Shown piece after piece: positions 59,187-64,000 of a stretch of 64,000 bases of DNA. The notes under the pieces are model-generated. The model saw only the letters and a program-made list of their open reading frames with translations, did no database searches and was not told the origin of the DNA. Position 1 is the first letter of the stretch. Each line of letters starts with the position of its first letter. The stretch covers positions 5,169 to 69,168 of the forward strand of contig JANMGB010000259.1 in NCBI GenBank assembly GCA_031374415.1, in the 5' to 3' direction. This DNA comes from Burkholderiales bacterium. Lineage in GTDB: Bacteria > Pseudomonadota > Gammaproteobacteria > Burkholderiales > Burkholderiaceae_C. Position numbers and translations under genes: made by a program.

Positions 59187-60859
59187 TTGTTTTCAGGGCC
59201 GGGCAAGCACCACCACAGAGGGCGCTCAGCGGGCTCGACGCGCTTGGGCATGCGAGGTGCGGACGCATTCGCAGGGGGAGCGGTTGGCGTTGCATTGACA
59301 GACGCCGGCGGGGCGGGAGGCCGCAAGGGTTGGTCGTCGAGCACATCGTCGCGACGGGCGAGCCAATCTGACTTCGCGCGTGCCTCGATTTGACCGCGGT
59401 CAGCCTCGACCACAGCGACGACGCGCTGCAACTCGCTGCGCTCGTACTTAAAGTTTCGGCACCGGGCGTTGTAATCGTTGAGCAGATCGTTGTACCGACT
59501 CACCTCTTTAGCCACCTCCGCACGCACCAGTTGGTTCTGCGTGTTCAAACGCATATTTTGCGCCACGCAATAGCGAATTTGCCCCGCCTCCAGCAATCGA
59601 CCCTCACCTCCAACGGGAGGACGCGACTCCGCGGGCAGCTCAGCAGGTTGAACTGGAACAACATCCCGGGGTGGAGGTGGAGGTGACTGCGGCGCAGGCT
59701 CTGCTGTGCGCTCAGGCAGTGGGGGCGGCGCAGCCGCTGTCGCCGATACCGGTGGGGCGGGCGCCGCCGCCGAAGCGCTTGGCGCCCCAGGGGGTGCGAT
59801 CTTGGGACGCTCTGGCGTCGTCACCTTGGGTGAGTCGGCCTGCGGCCGCGCATTGGGGCGCTCATAGCGCGAGAACCATTGCACCACACCCACCGCCAAT
59901 GCGACGACCAGCAACAGGCCCGCGGCCAACCAAATCCACACGGCCACACCACCACCGCTGTGGGGCGGGCGCAAACCAGGTACGCCATATGCAGGTGGAT
60001 CAGGGACCACCTGCGCAGGTGCAGATGGCATCGACATCGAAGGCGGTGGCGCCTCGGGCGTGACCGCCTGCGCCAACGGCGGAGCTGGCACAGGCGCCCC
60101 GGGGCCTGCTTGCGCCCCCGGCAACAGCGGTGGGGGCAAAGGCGGCAAGGCGCCAGCTGCTGGCGATGGGGGCGGCAAAGGGGGCAACATCTCTGCCACA
60201 GCGGGAGCGTCAGACGTGTCGGGGCCAGACTCAAGGACGCCCATCACCGTACAGTCCACAAGCACCGGCAGCTCTCCATTGCCATCTTGCCAGCTTGGCT
60301 CGACACGCCCCGGGGGCGGCGCAAGTGCGTGAAACGAAGGCCCTGGCAGCAATGCGGACGATGGATCCGAGACCACAAAAGGCAACGGTGGGGGCAGTGC
60401 AGGCTGTTTGGGCTGCAGACCTGCCCAGGTGGGCGTGGGCGTGGGCGTGGGCGTGGGCGTGGGCGTGGGCGTGGGCGTGGGTGCAGGTGCAGGTGCAGGT
60501 GCAGGTGCAGGTGCAGGTGCAGGTGCAGGTGCAGGTGCAGGTGCAGCCATGGCAGCCGGCGTAGGCGTAGGCGTAGGCGTAGGCGTGGGCGCCTCAGGCG
60601 CAACAGGTGGCGGCGTCAGACCTGGCACGCCAGGGCCAGTGGGCAAGGCAAAGGCCGTAGGCACCTGAAACGCACTGGGCGAAATGTAAGAAGTGGGCGC
60701 CACGTAGGCGGATCGGGCAACGGGCAGCCGTGTGGGCGGCTCGACACGCTGCTCAATCGACTTCTCAGGCTTCACACCGCCCCGCCCATTGGGGAACAGA
60801 TCGGCCAAACCAGCAAAACCCTGAGCTGGCGGATGTGATGGCTGACGTGGCTCTCTCAT
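59171..60859 (-). CDS. proline-rich single-pass membrane protein with (PT)n/(PA)n repeats
   Basis: 562 aa. AGGA SD 8 nt upstream of the ATG. About 300 aa of Pro-rich N-terminal region, one TM helix (VAVWIWLAAGLLLVVALAVGVVQWF, aa ~300-325), a Pro-rich linker, then a helical Cys-containing C-terminal domain. Confidence 0.7.
   Translation of the reverse strand: MREPRQPSHPPAQGFAGLADLFPNGRGGVKPEKSIEQRVEPPTRLPVARSAYVAPTSYISPSAFQVPTAFALPTGPGVPGLTPPPVAPEAPTPTPTPTPTPAAMAAPAPAPAPAPAPAPAPAPAPAPTPTPTPTPTPTPTPTPTWAGLQPKQPALPPPLPFVVSDPSSALLPGPSFHALAPPPGRVEPSWQDGNGELPVLVDCTVMGVLESGPDTSDAPAVAEMLPPLPPPSPAAGALPPLPPPLLPGAQAGPGAPVPAPPLAQAVTPEAPPPSMSMPSAPAQVVPDPPAYGVPGLRPPHSGGGVAVWIWLAAGLLLVVALAVGVVQWFSRYERPNARPQADSPKVTTPERPKIAPPGAPSASAAAPAPPVSATAAAPPPLPERTAEPAPQSPPPPPRDVVPVQPAELPAESRPPVGGEGRLLEAGQIRYCVAQNMRLNTQNQLVRAEVAKEVSRYNDLLNDYNARCRNFKYERSELQRVVAVVEADRGQIEARAKSDWLARRDDVLDDQPLRPPAPPASVNATPTAPPANASAPRMPKRVEPAERPLWWCLPGPENKCVPM
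60431..60587. repeat. three adjacent perfect hexanucleotide tandem arrays inside the Pro-rich gene
   Basis: (GGGCGT)x8 at 60431-60478, (GTGCAG)x11 at 60481-60546, and (GGCGTA)x4 plus GGCGTG at 60558-60587. On the coding strand they encode the PT and PA dipeptide runs. Confidence 0.95.
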
Positions 60860-60980
60860 CTGATGATCCTAAGACGAAACCCACTGGCCGCGGGGCGTGG
60901 GAACGGGCAACGGCCGGCCAAAGAGGGCTCCACCAGGCAACTCATGGCTGAAAGGGATCCAACTTGTCCAGAGGCATCGA

Positions 60981-63479
60981 TTAACCGATCAAGATGTTCG
61001 AGTGCGCAAGAAGTTGGTCATCGGCCCCCCAGCGAATGCGCGTGGACTCCAGAACGTCGAGCGTCTGACGCAACTTGTCCATCTCATTGTGCTCAAGGGC
61101 CAGACGGCCCGCCTCAACGAGTTCGGCGTGTTCGTCGACATTGGGAAAGAAGTGGGTGGACTCGGCCAGCCAATTGAACCGGTCCACCACGAACCAGTCT
61201 TGGCGGAAGAGGATTTCCCAATTTTTGCCTCGCAACTCTTGCAAATAGCCTTCAAAGTCGCCGCTGTTGTTGCCAATGGCCCGACGAGCGGTGTTGACCA
61301 GGTGATCGAAGGCGGTGGTCTCAGCGGGGCGGGCGTGCTTGCGCACGCTCTCATCAAACACCTTGACGCAGTTGTCGAGCTCGATCTTGCGAATGACGCG
61401 CAGATGGGTCTTGCGGGCGACAGCCAGCAATTTTTTGGCTTCCTGCACGTCGTCCATCGCCTGCTTCGCCAACTCTGGGTCGCCGTCCGTCTCGCAAGCA
61501 GCGGCGGCACGCTCAAGGCGGCGAATAGCCTGCGCCAGCATGGGATCATCGACCGCCCCAGCGACATCATCAATGCGCGCCGCCACACGTTCCGCTTCGT
61601 CAGCAATGCGCTTAGAGGCCACCGAAAAGTCGATCTGCCCCTCCTGCCGTGAATAATAGTTGCGGCCGCTTTGGAAGTTGCCACCGATGGAGGGCACGGT
61701 CAGCTCCATGCGGATGTTGCCGGAGTCAAGCACTTCGTACTCGAGCACCAGATCCACCCCTTTACCGATGACGCCTTCAGAGAAGTCTGAGCCACGAACC
61801 TCGAACATGCCAATGAAGCGGTTGTCAGAGACGGGGTCGTCAATGGCGCCTTCCCAGAGCTTGAACTTCAATGAACTGGGCTCGCCAGCGCGCAGGGCCT
61901 CATCGGCCTTGAAAGTCTTTTTGCCCTTCTTTGGCAGGGGCTCGCCCTCGCGAACAAGGTAGTCCAAGATGAAACGCCCGCCGAGCTTCTCGCGCGCCTC
62001 AACCCCCACCGAATGGGAGGCTGGAATCGCATCGATTTGTGCTGCAGTGCGCGCAATGACAATCTTGTCTTGCGACAACTCAACCGGCCCGCCTGCGCTG
62101 TCAAAGGCAAATAGCTTGAAGGTGTTTTCACCCGCCTTGCTCAAAGGCACCTCGACTGAAGCACCATCTTGCAAGGCAAGACTGCCTGAGGTCCAGCCCG
62201 TGTCAAGGCTGTCGAGCTGAAAAGCCGCACCCGGCAAGACCTCGCCCACCAGCTTGGCGACGATTTTGGCTTTGCTATCAGGCGTGCGTGCAACGTAATT
62301 GAATGCCAGCTGAACCTCACCCCCCTCGGCCGAAATTTCGCCTCGACCGCTCTTGCGACTTCGATTGTGGGTTGTCCAATCGATGGATTCAGCAAACACC
62401 GCAGCGCCCTCTGACACCGCGGTCATGGGATTGACCTCGGTCGATGCGGCAATGCCCAGCTCACCAGCCACCTTGTCACGCAATGGCTTGTATTGAGTGG
62501 GCCCACCGACAAACACCACGCAACCGACGTCATGCGGCGACAAACCCGATTTGCTCATGGTTTCGCGCACGGCCGCAATCGACTCATCGACTTTGTCCTT
62601 GATCAACGCATCAAAGGCAGCACGAGTCACGGGGATGTCGAGGTAAATGTCCTTGCCCTGGCGGTCACGCACCCCCAGCTCGCTGTCGTCCAGGCTGATG
62701 ATGGACTCCAGCTTGGCCGACAACTCGATCTTGGCGCGCTCGGTGGCCCAGGCGGCCATGTGCCGCAGGGTCGCGTACTGTTTGTCGATAGAAAAGTTCT
62801 CGGGCAAATCAAAGTGCTCAAACAACCAAGGCTTGACGATGTTGTCCATCATCAGGCGGTCAAAGTCACGGCCACCGCACATGGCAATGCCACCGTGCGC
62901 CAACAAGCTGACACGGCCGTTGATGCTCTCCGCGATGGCCACATCCAGCGTGCCGCCACCCAGGTCATAGACCAAAAAGATGCCATCGATCTTGCGCTGG
63001 CGCATCACACTCATGACCGCCGCCACGGGCTCTTGCATCAGCGCCACTTTGCCCAAGCCCGCGGCCTCTGCGGCGGCCAGGCTGGCATCTTTTTGCATTT
63101 GGTTGAACGCCGCAGGCACGGTGATGACCGTGCCGGTGTCGGGGTCGTTGCGGATTTCTTCGGGCAAGTAACCGTACAACACACGCAAAATTTCAGCCGA
63201 ACAATCCTCAGGGCTCATCACCATGTCAACAGCTTCAAGGCGGATGGGGGTGCTGGTGCCCATCAAGCGCTTGAACAGCGTCGCGGCGTTGTCAGGGTTG
63301 CGCGCGGCGTTGTCGTAGGCGCGTTTGCCCACATACTTGTTCCCCCGACGATCAATGAAAATAGCCGACGGCGTGACGTCGTTTTGTTCGGGGCTTTTGA
63401 AAATACGCACATGCTCACCATCAAAGGTGGTGATGGCGCTGTTGGTGGTGCCCAAGTCGATGCCGACATAATATTTCAT
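60981..63479 (-). CDS. atypical Hsp70-family ATPase (832 aa)
   Basis: NBD motifs GIDLGTTNSAI, VITVPAAFNQMQKDA, MQEP, LVYDLGGGTLDVAI and VVFVGGPTQ. SBD-beta-like block IPASHSVGVEA...LKFKLWEGA...FIGMFEV...VDLVLEYEVLDSGNIRMELTV. Also has an extra internal insert and a long C-terminal helical region. Confidence 0.9.
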   Translation of the reverse strand: MKYYVGIDLGTTNSAITTFDGEHVRIFKSPEQNDVTPSAIFIDRRGNKYVGKRAYDNAARNPDNAATLFKRLMGTSTPIRLEAVDMVMSPEDCSAEILRVLYGYLPEEIRNDPDTGTVITVPAAFNQMQKDASLAAAEAAGLGKVALMQEPVAAVMSVMRQRKIDGIFLVYDLGGGTLDVAIAESINGRVSLLAHGGIAMCGGRDFDRLMMDNIVKPWLFEHFDLPENFSIDKQYATLRHMAAWATERAKIELSAKLESIISLDDSELGVRDRQGKDIYLDIPVTRAAFDALIKDKVDESIAAVRETMSKSGLSPHDVGCVVFVGGPTQYKPLRDKVAGELGIAASTEVNPMTAVSEGAAVFAESIDWTTHNRSRKSGRGEISAEGGEVQLAFNYVARTPDSKAKIVAKLVGEVLPGAAFQLDSLDTGWTSGSLALQDGASVEVPLSKAGENTFKLFAFDSAGGPVELSQDKIVIARTAAQIDAIPASHSVGVEAREKLGGRFILDYLVREGEPLPKKGKKTFKADEALRAGEPSSLKFKLWEGAIDDPVSDNRFIGMFEVRGSDFSEGVIGKGVDLVLEYEVLDSGNIRMELTVPSIGGNFQSGRNYYSRQEGQIDFSVASKRIADEAERVAARIDDVAGAVDDPMLAQAIRRLERAAAACETDGDPELAKQAMDDVQEAKKLLAVARKTHLRVIRKIELDNCVKVFDESVRKHARPAETTAFDHLVNTARRAIGNNSGDFEGYLQELRGKNWEILFRQDWFVVDRFNWLAESTHFFPNVDEHAELVEAGRLALEHNEMDKLRQTLDVLESTRIRWGADDQLLAHSNILIG

Positions 63480-63862
63480 GATTCAACCGATCCCTCTGCA
63501 AGTTTCAACAACACGGTTCCGGCTTTCACGAGCCCTGTCGAGCCCATGACCACGGGCTCCACCATTTGCTCAACCACCAACACGTCATCCGGGCCAAAGT
63601 CACCGATGTTGAGCGGCGACGCGGCCATCCCGGGGTCATACATCTGGCCCTCCAGGCTGACGATTCGCATGTCCACCATGGCCAGACTCTCGTCCACCCG
63701 CTTCAGGAAATAACGCATTTGGTTGGCATACCGTGCGGCTTCGGCTGCGTCGAGCCGCGTCAACATGCGCCCAAACACCTTGGCAAACCGCCAACTCTCC
63801 AGGGCCATGTCAATGAGGGGTTGCTGCAAGCTGGCATCAGCCCCACTGTCTGTGCTGATCAT
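63476..63862 (-). CDS. GrpE-like nucleotide-exchange-factor candidate (128 aa)
   Basis: The C-terminal part (VSLEGQMYDPGMAASPL...DDVLVVEQMVEPVVMGSTGLVKAGTVLLK) resembles the GrpE beta-domain pattern G-x-FDP...V-x-GY-x-RPA-x-V. GGAAG SD before the ATG at 63862. Its stop overlaps the Hsp70 ATG (ATGA). Confidence 0.55.
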   Translation of the reverse strand: MISTDSGADASLQQPLIDMALESWRFAKVFGRMLTRLDAAEAARYANQMRYFLKRVDESLAMVDMRIVSLEGQMYDPGMAASPLNIGDFGPDDVLVVEQMVEPVVMGSTGLVKAGTVLLKLAEGSVES

Positions 63863-64000
63863 GTCACTTCCTTTGCGCCGAGAACATCGGCCCGCATGGT
63901 ACCCGACGCCGATATCTCCATAGAGAGTGTCCGACCGCACACGCCGCTGTGGAGCTTGGCTGGATGAATGCTCCAGAGCGAACAACCGCCCATGAAGTGC

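Noticed and set aside
60431-60587. Regular repeat array that might be taken for a CRISPR locus.
   Set aside because: The unit length is 6 nt with no spacers. The arrays are in frame inside a Pro-rich ORF, and no cas genes are present. They are coding microsatellites.

Overview
GC-rich chromosomal window. Gene content and order suggest a betaproteobacterium, probably Burkholderiales/Comamonadaceae-like; this placement is inferred from synteny only. About the first 40 kb is densely packed housekeeping DNA. It holds gcdH (5' truncated), a DUF218 gene, a PBP endopeptidase, leuA-pssA-psd-ilvC-ilvH-ilvI on the minus strand, and an ECF sigma four-gene cluster. It also holds dgkA, glnB, a divergent ppa/hppA pair, a fused membrane/spermidine-synthase-like gene and a bioB-bioA-bioF-bioD operon ending in a cytochrome P450. 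Further along are dctPQM TRAP transporter genes, queG, tsaE, amiC, dedA, mutL, a pseudouridine synthase, a LivJ-like binding protein, a ferredoxin reductase, an SDR, a rhomboid protease, tRNA-Leu(CAA), cysM, a tusA-like gene and galU. The last ~22 kb is accessory-looking and all on the minus strand. Region (i), 41.7-56.0 kb, is a compact hybrid NRPS-PKS gene cluster. Its NRPS reads formyltransferase-like domain, C-lobe remnant, A domain split by a luciferase-like monooxygenase, then T. Its PKS reads KS-AT-KR-DH-T-TE, with Cys in place of the TE nucleophile Ser. A GT2 glycosyltransferase, a DegT-type aminotransferase and an Sfp-type PPTase follow. Region (ii), 56.3-63.9 kb, is a tightly coupled five-gene module. 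It encodes a GrpE-like protein, an 832-aa atypical Hsp70, a proline-rich single-pass membrane protein carrying hexanucleotide tandem arrays, a J-like protein with HGD instead of HPD, and an SGNH-like lipoprotein. I cannot assign this module to any characterised system, and it is my top candidate for something new. Other notable items are a 282-bp nested-palindrome MITE-like element filling the amiC/dedA intergenic space and a BioI-like P450 translationally coupled to bioD. No rRNA, CRISPR array, transposase or integrase was seen. All functional calls come from motifs read by eye in the supplied translations; no database search was run.
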